From Promethearchaeota archaeon (lineage in GTDB: Archaea; Asgardarchaeota; Lokiarchaeia; Sigyniarchaeales; SOKP01), in NCBI GenBank assembly GCA_008080735.1, contig SHMW01000087.1, positions 1 to 18,199 of the forward strand: DNA of 18,199 nt, in the 5' to 3' direction. How positions within the stretch are numbered: the first letter of the stretch is position 1; every line of letters begins with the position of its first letter. Position numbers and translations under genes: made by a program. Below, in pieces: positions 7,281 to 16,163 of this stretch. The notes beneath the pieces were generated by a model that saw only the letters and a program-made list of their open reading frames with translations, was not told the DNA's origin and did not search any database.

Positions 7281-8783
7281 ATGAGTAATAAAGTTAATAA
7301 TGAAGTGAAGTTTTCTTGGGAATACCTTAAAAGTGTAATGCAGACATTGGATTCCTATAAGGTACGAGCTTTAATAGATGCTAAGGAAGAAATTATTGAA
7401 TGTGAAGTTTATGATGAGGAAGAATATAATAAAATTTTATTAAAGCTAATCGATGAAGAGAGAATAAAATATCAATTATATAATTACTTGAGAAATAATC
7501 AAACCCTCAATCTTTCCAACTTGGAAGCATTTTCTGAAGACTATGATCTCTTGCTTAGAAAAACATTAAGTCTGGCATATCTATTAGAAAAAGAACAATT
7601 AATAACCATACAGGAAGTATATGAGAAAAATGAAAATGCTGAAGGAGGTTCGAAAAAAATATTCAAAGATTTGGTTGTCTCAGTGGACGATGTTAATCTC
7701 ACTTCTATTAAACCGATATATGAACCTGTAAAAGTCATATTTGATTCCGAAATATGTTCTGGATGCGGGATATGCGCTGGCATCTGTCCTGTTGATTGTA
7801 TTATGATAAAAAATGGATTTGGAGAAATCGATGATGATAAATGTATACGATGTGGATTATGTTATCATGTGTGTCCACGATCTTATTTACCAGTGGATAT
7901 ACTTAATATGTATCAAGACAACGTCTCCGAGTATAAAGATTATGGGAAGATAGGAACCTTTAAGGAAGCATATTGCGCTCGCACGAAAATCGATGAAATA
8001 CGTGAAGTATGTCAAGATGGGGGTGTTTCTAGTACAGCCTTATATTATCTTTTGGATAATAATATAGTTGATCTCGCCTTAGGAGCAAAAATGGGAGAAA
8101 AACTATGGTGTCCCGAGCCAACTATAATAGAAAGTAAAGAAGATATTCTCAACACAGCGGGCACTAAATATGTGAATAATCCGAATTTAATGCTTCTAAA
8201 TCAAGTGGGACCTGAGAAAAAAGTAGCTGTAGTAGGTGTACCTTGTATGATGCAAGCATTGCTTAAATCAAAAATTTTTGATATTGATATTCCCTCATTA
8301 ACCAATGTAAAATATCGGATAGGAATCTTTTGTATGGAATCTTTTCCATATCAAGAGGGATTCCTTAAGATATGCGAGAAACTAAATGTGGATGTGGAAA
8401 ACGTCAAAAAGACTGATATAAATAAAGGAAAGTTCTTTATTTATACAAAAGACGGAGAGGAGCTTAGTGTTCCCATTAAAGAGGTAACTAGCTTAGCACG
8501 AGAAGATTGCGAGGTCTGCTTCGACCTTACCTCAGAATCCGCAGATATTTCAATTGGCTCGATTGGTGCCCCCTCCGGATGGAATGCGGTCTTGGTAAGA
8601 ACAGAGGAAGGAAAAGAGTTATATCAGGCTTTGTTGGAAAATGACCTAATTGAATCGAAACCAATTGATGAGGTCAAACCAGGATTACCATTACTCATAA
8701 AAATTGCGAATAGTAAACGTAAGAAAAGTAACTCACATATTTCTAAAAAGAAAGAAAACAACCAAAAATATCCTCAATATTAA
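7281..8783 (+). CDS. F420 hydrogenase/dehydrogenase beta subunit family (FrhB/FdhB/FpoF-like) with 2x[4Fe-4S] ferredoxin and ~150-aa N-terminal extension
   Basis: Ferredoxin motifs CSGCGICAGICP and CIRCGLCYHVCP. FrhB-type motifs QDGGVSS, AGTKY, VVGVPC, IGIFCME and CEVCFDLTSESADISIGSIGAPSGW. Confidence 0.88.
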   Translation: MSNKVNNEVKFSWEYLKSVMQTLDSYKVRALIDAKEEIIECEVYDEEEYNKILLKLIDEERIKYQLYNYLRNNQTLNLSNLEAFSEDYDLLLRKTLSLAYLLEKEQLITIQEVYEKNENAEGGSKKIFKDLVVSVDDVNLTSIKPIYEPVKVIFDSEICSGCGICAGICPVDCIMIKNGFGEIDDDKCIRCGLCYHVCPRSYLPVDILNMYQDNVSEYKDYGKIGTFKEAYCARTKIDEIREVCQDGGVSSTALYYLLDNNIVDLALGAKMGEKLWCPEPTIIESKEDILNTAGTKYVNNPNLMLLNQVGPEKKVAVVGVPCMMQALLKSKIFDIDIPSLTNVKYRIGIFCMESFPYQEGFLKICEKLNVDVENVKKTDINKGKFFIYTKDGEELSVPIKEVTSLAREDCEVCFDLTSESADISIGSIGAPSGWNAVLVRTEEGKELYQALLENDLIESKPIDEVKPGLPLLIKIANSKRKKSNSHISKKKENNQKYPQY

Positions 8784-8899
8784 CTAAAATTTTTACATTT
8801 CCTCTCTCCTTCTCTGTATCTTTTAAGAGGACAAATCAAAAAATTAATATTTCATATTATATTCTAACTATTTAGTTAATTAATTTAATGGTAATAATT

Positions 8900-9418
8900 A
8901 TGACCCAAGCAATACGCCCACCTAATTTCAAAGAACAAGTATTCTTTCGACAATTGCGTACCAGAGTGGATGGAAATGCGAAACTTGAGTATGGTTTGAC
9001 CCAAGTTAAAGGTGTTGGGAAAAGATTTGCTCAAGCCGTAGTTAGAACTGCTAATGTTAATCCAGAAACCCGCATTGGAGCACTTTCTGAAAAAGAAGTC
9101 ACTCAGTTGGAAGATATAATCATAAATCCTATAGAAAATGGAATTCCCGAATTTCTAGTAAATCGTAGAAAAGATCTGAAAAGCGGAAAAGACAGACATG
9201 TTCTCGGAAACGAGTTGGAGATCACAGTCAAACGAGATATAGATAGAATGAAGAAAATTAAAAGTTATAAAGGAATTCGACACCAACTTGGTCTAAAAGT
9301 TCGGGGACAAAGAACGAAGAGCACGGGACGGCATGGTCTAGTTATCGGAGTACAAAGAAAGAAGATTAGGGCAAAAATGGAGAAAAAGAGAAAGAAAGAG
9401 AAAAAGGAGGCGAAATAA
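8900..9418 (+). CDS. rps13: 30S ribosomal protein uS13 (archaeal S13P)
   Basis: GLTQVKGVG, NRRKD and SYKGIRHQLGLKVRGQRTKSTGR motifs. ATG 8900 preferred; ATG 8888 is an in-frame alternative. Confidence 0.96.
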   Translation: MTQAIRPPNFKEQVFFRQLRTRVDGNAKLEYGLTQVKGVGKRFAQAVVRTANVNPETRIGALSEKEVTQLEDIIINPIENGIPEFLVNRRKDLKSGKDRHVLGNELEITVKRDIDRMKKIKSYKGIRHQLGLKVRGQRTKSTGRHGLVIGVQRKKIRAKMEKKRKKEKKEAK

Positions 9419-9422
9419 ATAG

Positions 9423-9923
9423 ATGGGAGATCCACGCAGAATTAAGAAGAAATTTAAAAAACCAAAGCATCCTTTCCAAAAAGATAGAATTCTTGAAGAA
9501 TTGGAATTTATAGGAAAATATGGGTTAAGAAATAAACGTGAATTCTGGAAGATGCGTTCAAAATTAGGACGATGGCGTCAACGTGCCCGTTATTCGCGTA
9601 CTCTTCCTGATGAAGAAGCAGTTCAAGTTCAACAAACTCTAATTAAAAAATTAGTACGGTTAGGGATTTTAACCCCCGAATCTAGCTTTGAAGATGTTTT
9701 AAGAGTAACGGTCGAAGATCTTCTGAAGCGGAGACTTCAAACATTGGTTTTTGAAAAGGGGTTAGCAAAAAGCGTCTATCACGCACGACAACTAATCGTG
9801 CATAAGCATATACAAGTTGGATCAAAAAGAATCAACTCTCCCTCATATCTCGTGAAGCGGGAAGAAGAGGATTTGATCCAATTCGCCCCCACCAGTCCTT
9901 TTGCATCTGCTTCTGCTGCTTAA
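9423..9923 (+). CDS. rps4: 30S ribosomal protein uS4 (archaeal S4P)
   Basis: MGDP...KKPKHPF, YGLRNKRE.W, RRLQTLV...GLAKSVYHARQLIVHKHI and PSYLV motifs. Confidence 0.96.
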   Translation: MGDPRRIKKKFKKPKHPFQKDRILEELEFIGKYGLRNKREFWKMRSKLGRWRQRARYSRTLPDEEAVQVQQTLIKKLVRLGILTPESSFEDVLRVTVEDLLKRRLQTLVFEKGLAKSVYHARQLIVHKHIQVGSKRINSPSYLVKREEEDLIQFAPTSPFASASAA

Positions 9924-10122
9924 GATAAATTATTATTCTTTCTAATTCTGTTTTTATAAACTTTTCATATATTACTTCGCTTAGTGAATGAAGATCGGTC
10001 CTTAAAGTTATCTGATCGAAATAGATGTTTTAGTAATGCTTTATTCAATACTTTTTTAATCATAGTCTTCATATCTCATTTCATTAAACTCTGTATTTAA
10101 AATTAAAATTGGAGATGATTTT

Positions 10123-10320
10123 ATGGATGATATAATGCAATTAGAAATTCACGGCTCTATAATGTTGGTGACCGGAATAATTTTGGTATTGCTCTGGTCT
10201 TTTTTCAGTGCTCAATGGTGGTCTTCGGTATTTGGCTTTCTTTCGCTCTTCTTCCTTATTGAAGCTATCTGGCATTATGGTGTTGCGGATTATAAGAGAT
10301 TGAAAAAAAATTCCACATAA
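10123..10320 (+). CDS. Small two-TM membrane protein
   Basis: GGAG upstream of ATG, two hydrophobic segments and a basic C-terminal tail. Confidence 0.6.
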   Translation: MDDIMQLEIHGSIMLVTGIILVLLWSFFSAQWWSSVFGFLSLFFLIEAIWHYGVADYKRLKKNST

Positions 10321-10358
10321 ACCAATAAAAAAAGAAAAGGAAGTAAAAAGTTTAAAGT

Positions 10359-10589
10359 TTATATGCCCCGATAGTTGATTCCTATAAATAGGAGTAACCA
10401 TGAGAGAAAGACTAACCCAATTCCAATTATGACCCAAAATTCGATAGGAGTTAATGTTCCGATGGTAATTGTATTTATTGCATCCCAGATAGCTGGGATC
10501 CAATATATAGATACCATTAAAAGAATCCCGAGGGCCAATAGTAAAAACGATATCACAACGGTGATTTTCTTAGGTGGAGAATACGTCAT
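10359..10589 (-). CDS. Small two-TM membrane protein
   Basis: 76 aa, with PPKK before TM1 and a second TM ending in YRGI. Convergent with the previous ORF. Confidence 0.65.
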   Translation of the reverse strand: MTYSPPKKITVVISFLLLALGILLMVSIYWIPAIWDAINTITIGTLTPIEFWVIIGIGLVFLSWLLLFIGINYRGI

Positions 10590-10753
10590 ATTATTATCAC
10601 TTTTTTCATTTATTAGTTATTTATAGCTTAAGTAATTTAAAGATTATATTTTGGGAAATATAAATATTCTCTTCAATGGTAAAACTAATATTTTAGAATA
10701 TATTCTATTATTTAATTAAACAAAATCGAATCAACCACTTAAGTTGTGAAAAT

Positions 10754-11149
10754 ATGGCTCAAGCAGATGAACGATTCGCAATCGTGCACATTTATAGCAG
10801 TTATAATAACACCCTTGTAACCGCCACAGATCTTAGCGGTGCCGAAACCTTTGCTAAATGCTCAGGTGGAATGGTGGTAAAGGCAGATAGAGATGAGAGT
10901 AATCCTTATGCGGCCATGCAATGTGGATTCCGTGTGGCAAGTACATTAAAAGATTTAGGTATATATTCTGTCCATATAAAAGTGAGAGCTCCCGGAGGAA
11001 ATAAGTCACAAACCCCTGGTCCTGGCGCTCAAGCATGTATTCGGGCTCTTGCGCGCTCTGGACTAAAAGTAGGACGAATTGAAGAAGTCACCCCTAAGTC
11101 TCATGACCACTGTAGAAGAAAAGGCGGTCATAGAGGAAGGAGAGTCTAA
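10754..11149 (+). CDS. rps11: 30S ribosomal protein uS11 (archaeal S11P / eukaryotic S14-like)
   Basis: [41 protein letters not shown] and RRKGG.RGRRV motifs. Confidence 0.97.
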   Translation: MAQADERFAIVHIYSSYNNTLVTATDLSGAETFAKCSGGMVVKADRDESNPYAAMQCGFRVASTLKDLGIYSVHIKVRAPGGNKSQTPGPGAQACIRALARSGLKVGRIEEVTPKSHDHCRRKGGHRGRRV

Positions 11150-11297
11150 TTTTTTATCTTATTTTCTAATATTCCCTTTCTAATCTACTCCAAATCCTAA
11201 TTAATTTAAGATCAATTCACCTCTTATTCACATATTTAAAACTATAAGAAAGCTTTAGAAATCTTTATAAAATTCAAAACCGTTCATAAGGTATAGA

Positions 11298-12815
11298 ATG
11301 AACCTTGAACGTAAACTTTCGGATATAGAATCGATAATATATAGAGTGTATCAAGAGAGAAAGCCTCCTGGGTTAACATTCGGATTATTCGATAAACAGG
11401 GACTTATTTTGGAGAAAAGCTTAGGCTATGCGAATTTAGAGACTCAATTAAAAGTGAACAGAAATACGTCTTTTATGGTTGGGTCTATTACTAAATTACT
11501 TACGGTGATTGCGTTTATGCAGAATTATGAGAAAGGTTTCATAGATTTAGATGATCCGGTTAACAATTACTTACCAAAAGGGAAAATCGTAACTAAAAAT
11601 GGTTGGCCAGAAGTTAGGTTTAGGCATATATTAACCCATACATCAGGGATAGGGGAATTAAGGAGTATTTATGATATATTTAAGAAAGGATTTCGATTAC
11701 TCACCTATGATGATGAAGAGATTCCGCCCTTAAACAGTTTTCATGAACTTCCGGTCAAACCCGCCTCACCTGCGGGGGCAAAATATGCGTATTCAAATGT
11801 CGCGGTTTCGATATTAGGATATGTAATAGAACAATTGAATGGAATTTCTTTTCGACAATATATCTTGGAGAACATATTACAGCCTTTAGATATGGTAAGG
11901 AGTGATTTAATTAGGACTGAGGTGATAAAAGAAAATGAGGCTATAGGATATAAACTTAAAACGCGAAACAAATATAAACGCGCTAAGCGCTGGAACAATA
12001 TTATAAAACCCTCTGGGGCATTGTTATCTTCCTTAAATGATATGGTAAAATTTGGACAGATGAATTTGAACAAGGGAAAATTTGGAACTAACCAAATACT
12101 CAAGCCAAAGACATTTGAATTGATGTGGAGTCCCCATTATTATGCACACGACAAAATTATGGAGAGAAATTCAATCGGTTTTATTTATCGTCTACATAAC
12201 CTTAATGGTCATTTTATAGTGGAACATACTGGGGGTGTGAATGGGTTTAATACTGCATTTGTATGTCTGCCAGAAAATAACCTTGGATTTTTCACTTCAT
12301 GTAATCTTAATGAGGGGATGTATAACAGAACTACGCTTAAGCTTCGGAATGAAATTTTAAAGCTATTAACCGATATATCCAAGGAACATCCTAAAACTTT
12401 TCCCCAACCCAATAAATCCCATTGGTCACAAATTAAGGGATATTACGGAGGGTATCCCGGCTTTTTGACTAATACAAGAATCATAACTGCCGGAATTGAG
12501 TTCAAGATTACAGAGAAAAAAGAAAAGCTTCACTTTTCGGGATTAATCGGAAAGCAAAAGAAAGGAATATTATTACACTCCACTGAGGATCCATTTGTGT
12601 ATATTGAATATAACAAAAAAGATGAATCCATTTATTATTCCACTAAATATATCTTCGATACGGATGATGATGGAACTGTAATTGGATTATCGCGAGAATT
12701 CGACAGATTCCGAAAACTTAATTTACCACAAACCTTCAGATTCAAAATATATCTTAGTATAACTGGTATCTTTGCTATAATTATCCTTGCAATAATAATA
12801 CTGCTTTTTATATGA
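11298..12815 (+). CDS. Serine hydrolase, beta-lactamase class C/AmpC-like (PBP) fold, with C-terminal TM anchor
   Basis: SxxK (FMVGSITK), LTHTSG, YxN (YAYSN) and HTG (EHTGG) motifs. Hydrophobic C-terminal helix. Confidence 0.88.
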   Translation: MNLERKLSDIESIIYRVYQERKPPGLTFGLFDKQGLILEKSLGYANLETQLKVNRNTSFMVGSITKLLTVIAFMQNYEKGFIDLDDPVNNYLPKGKIVTKNGWPEVRFRHILTHTSGIGELRSIYDIFKKGFRLLTYDDEEIPPLNSFHELPVKPASPAGAKYAYSNVAVSILGYVIEQLNGISFRQYILENILQPLDMVRSDLIRTEVIKENEAIGYKLKTRNKYKRAKRWNNIIKPSGALLSSLNDMVKFGQMNLNKGKFGTNQILKPKTFELMWSPHYYAHDKIMERNSIGFIYRLHNLNGHFIVEHTGGVNGFNTAFVCLPENNLGFFTSCNLNEGMYNRTTLKLRNEILKLLTDISKEHPKTFPQPNKSHWSQIKGYYGGYPGFLTNTRIITAGIEFKITEKKEKLHFSGLIGKQKKGILLHSTEDPFVYIEYNKKDESIYYSTKYIFDTDDDGTVIGLSREFDRFRKLNLPQTFRFKIYLSITGIFAIIILAIIILLFI

Positions 12816-12833
12816 TAAAGGCCAATTTATATT

Positions 12834-14144
12834 ATGTCAGAGCCGTTAAAAGAACTCAAGAAAAATATAGAATATAAAAGATATTATACAGGCATATTCA
12901 GTATCAATTATTTATTTCAAGGCTTTACGAGTTCAATGTTTACTGTTATTATTCCTATTTATATTTTAACTTTAGCTGAAATCACAACTTCAGATATATC
13001 CTTAATCGCAACCATTATTTTAATACCGTCATCAATAAAGCTTATTTTTGGGATGTTGAGTGATAAATTTGGAGTAAAGAATATCGGTCGGAGGAGACCG
13101 TGGATAATAATTCCCGTAATGATTGCAGGATTAATGTGGGCATCATTACCCCTTATTATTCGAGTGGCTGATGTAGTAATTAGTTTTATGATTATGGGAC
13201 TTATAATTAATACGGGGGTCATGATGGGCGATACGTCCTCAGACGGACTTATTCTGGATATTTGTCCAAAAGAAAGATTAGGAAGGGTTCAAGGTGTCGT
13301 CTGGGGCTTTCGCTCAATAGGGATGATTGCGGGAGGACCAATATTAGGATTCATGGTATATGCAAATATATTGATAAATATCGAGACTACTTTTGTAATT
13401 CTTGGTGTTTTAATGATTTTAACATCATTTACCACGCTCCTTATAAAAGAACCTACGGTCTATGAGAGTGTAAAATTATGGCCAAATTTCAAGGAATTAT
13501 TTAAAGATAGGGAAGATTTAAAAACCTATGGTTTTTCTCTATTTAATTCGGTCGCGGATGGAATTATTTTGTTATTTCTGTCGCTATTTATTTTAATTCA
13601 AATGGGTCTCCTCAATATAGAGGAGGTAACCTTAAGCCTAACAAGTATTACGTCTGGTGAGGCATTTTTCATTCAAGCTATTATTTCCATTATAAGTAGC
13701 ATCGGGATAATTTTTGGGGCATTATTAGGAGGATTATTCTCCGATCTTATATCAAGAAAGCTCAGTGTATATGGTGCGATGTTCTATACAGCGGTCTCGA
13801 TAATGCTACTGTTAATTGAAACAAATTATATCGGTTTATATATCTTCTCCTTATTAATAGGGGTGGGGATCGGTTGGAGACATAGTGCGTTCTCTGCGGT
13901 AATTTCCCAGATGGCTAAATATCATCCAAAAACGGATAGTACCTACTTCGCGTGGTGCACTTCATTATCAAATCTCGGAGCAAATTTAGGTCTTCTTTTC
14001 ATGGGCCTTTTATTTGAGAATTTCCAAAGTTTTGCAATAATTTTTCTATTAACCGCAATAGCTCAATTGGTGAATTTAATTCCTTTTAGTATCATGAAAA
14101 CCAAAAAATATGAAATATCAAGAGAAAAGTCCAGATCACCATAA
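12834..14144 (+). CDS. MFS transporter (AmpG/BT1-like)
   Basis: About 12 TM segments. Motif-A-like GMLSDKFG...GRRRPW and GLFSDLISRK. D..SDG in TM4. Confidence 0.88.
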   Translation: MSEPLKELKKNIEYKRYYTGIFSINYLFQGFTSSMFTVIIPIYILTLAEITTSDISLIATIILIPSSIKLIFGMLSDKFGVKNIGRRRPWIIIPVMIAGLMWASLPLIIRVADVVISFMIMGLIINTGVMMGDTSSDGLILDICPKERLGRVQGVVWGFRSIGMIAGGPILGFMVYANILINIETTFVILGVLMILTSFTTLLIKEPTVYESVKLWPNFKELFKDREDLKTYGFSLFNSVADGIILLFLSLFILIQMGLLNIEEVTLSLTSITSGEAFFIQAIISIISSIGIIFGALLGGLFSDLISRKLSVYGAMFYTAVSIMLLLIETNYIGLYIFSLLIGVGIGWRHSAFSAVISQMAKYHPKTDSTYFAWCTSLSNLGANLGLLFMGLLFENFQSFAIIFLLTAIAQLVNLIPFSIMKTKKYEISREKSRSP

Positions 14145-14309
14145 TTTATTATATCCGCTTTTCTGTGATAATTTGTAGAAAAAGTGTGATATTTTATAAT
14201 TCAGAATGGAATACTTATTGTTGATATCACACAAAATTAAATTGATAAGTAATTTATATAATAATTAGATATAAATTAAACACGCGAGTAATTATCAGAG
14301 GGAATTAAT

Positions 14310-16154
14310 ATGACCGAAATGGAGGAAAAAAGTTCTATGCTTGAGGAAATCAGAGACATTTATGTTTACTTAACCGAAGGAGAGCCTTCTCCTGATGATG
14401 AAATTGAAGCTCAAAAAGAATTAATTACTCAATTTAAGAAGCTAAAGGATTCAAATAAGTTTTCCAATAATACCAGTTTGATAAAAGAGATATTAACAAA
14501 TTTAGAGGATTGGGATACCCTCGAATATTGGTTTATCGAAACTTCACTCCCGAAAATGATAAATAGGCTTTTAGAAGTTGATAAGGAAGAAAAACCAGAT
14601 AAGGAACAGGTACAAGAAGAAGAAACCATATCTACTGAAGAAAAAGAAGATACAATTAAATCTTCTGGGGTAAATATATCCGAAATAGTTGCTCAAGTTT
14701 CGGAGCAATTTAAGGGAGAGATTGATACCCTAAAAGAAAAGATAGATTCTCTCCAGCAAGAAATTAAATCGAAGGAGGAGACACTACAAAAAATACGGAA
14801 TCGAAAAGATGTCAAAACAATAAAACCACATAAAAAATCAACATCTAAATTACCTCCTCTTGAAATCCACCTGCCAACTATTAAAAAAGCGGAAGAAAAA
14901 TCTCTGGAAGACGCGGGAATTAAAAATGAAACGACAGAAAAGGATGAAACAAGTACAGGAATATCGGAACGAAAAGCAAAACTAGAACAAAAACAACAAC
15001 AATATAAGGAAAAATTAGAAGTATCCTTGAAACAATTAGAAGCCATTGAAAAAGAAATGGAAGAAAAAATACAAGAGGAGCAAAAATCAAGCGAGCAAAA
15101 GCTCGAAGAAGAATCAGGAGCAGATCAAGGTCAAATTGAAATTGTTTTAGAACCAGATCTTGGAGTTTCATCAAAACAACCGATTAATGAACAGAGGCCG
15201 TTCGAAACTGAAGGATATTCCGAAGAAACTACTCTAAAACCAATTCCTAGCGAGAAAATCGAGCAATTACCAAATGAGGTAGTTCAGCAAGAAGTAGAAA
15301 AAGTATCTCCCCCTGAACCAAAAAAACCAAAGGAGAAAGAACTTACCCCTATTCCTCAAAATAAAGCTAAAAAAAAAGAAGATACTGCACCACCTCCCCC
15401 ACCTAAACAATCTGAAATTCCTTCTAAACCTCCTACCCCACCCGCTCAAAGAGAAAAAACGGAGAAACCTCCCCCTAAACCGGAGGTACCTCAGAAAACG
15501 AGCGTATCTCAATCACAAACCTCTCCTCAAATTCCTAAAGAAAAAACCTCAGAGAGACCCTCTCCACCCGAGAGACCAAAAATATCTACAATGGCTATTG
15601 AAGAACCTCTTGAGAAAACAAAACCCTCCCAAGATCTTGAAAAATCTGAGAAGATGAAAGGGATCGCGGAAGTTGAAGTCGAGGAAACAGATGTGTCACC
15701 CCAAAAAACACCGAAAACTGATTTATTCAGTGTCTTTTCTTCTATGGGAACAAAAACGTCTCAAAAAACGCAAAAATCATCGAAATCCAGTGATTCTATT
15801 AGAACTTTTATTCCCGGTGCGGACAATTCTAAGAAGATTGAAAAAATACCAATGGAAGAACATCAAAAAAATGTCTCACAAACGCCACCGCAAGAACCCG
15901 AATATTCAGAAGAATTGGAATCTCCTAATCTCGATGAATTACCCCGGGATAAAGATTCATTATATCAAGAATTAATTGCTTTAGAGGGAAAGAGATATTC
16001 TATAGAACGGAAATATAAATCATTGAAGGATAGATATGAAAATGGTAATATCGGAGAGAACGAATTCAAATCAGAGGATAGCAAATTGAAAAATGAGTTA
16101 AATGAAATTACCAAAAAAATCACCAATATTAGGCGACTACTCTCAAGTTTGTAA
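14310..16154 (+). CDS. Coiled-coil / Pro-rich low-complexity protein with helical N- and C-terminal domains
   Basis: 614-aa ORF with two coiled-coil segments, a P/E/K/S-rich disordered middle (APPPPPK, KPPTPP, KPPPKP) and a C-terminal helical hairpin. Confidence 0.85.
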   Translation: MTEMEEKSSMLEEIRDIYVYLTEGEPSPDDEIEAQKELITQFKKLKDSNKFSNNTSLIKEILTNLEDWDTLEYWFIETSLPKMINRLLEVDKEEKPDKEQVQEEETISTEEKEDTIKSSGVNISEIVAQVSEQFKGEIDTLKEKIDSLQQEIKSKEETLQKIRNRKDVKTIKPHKKSTSKLPPLEIHLPTIKKAEEKSLEDAGIKNETTEKDETSTGISERKAKLEQKQQQYKEKLEVSLKQLEAIEKEMEEKIQEEQKSSEQKLEEESGADQGQIEIVLEPDLGVSSKQPINEQRPFETEGYSEETTLKPIPSEKIEQLPNEVVQQEVEKVSPPEPKKPKEKELTPIPQNKAKKKEDTAPPPPPKQSEIPSKPPTPPAQREKTEKPPPKPEVPQKTSVSQSQTSPQIPKEKTSERPSPPERPKISTMAIEEPLEKTKPSQDLEKSEKMKGIAEVEVEETDVSPQKTPKTDLFSVFSSMGTKTSQKTQKSSKSSDSIRTFIPGADNSKKIEKIPMEEHQKNVSQTPPQEPEYSEELESPNLDELPRDKDSLYQELIALEGKRYSIERKYKSLKDRYENGNIGENEFKSEDSKLKNELNEITKKITNIRRLLSSL

Positions 16155-16163
16155 TATCTTTCT

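Noticed and set aside
7244-7286. Second SECIS-like AUGA...UGA just before the FrhB-like start
   Set aside because: Pairing is weak, AU-only and out of register with a G.A quartet. It also overlaps the start codon.
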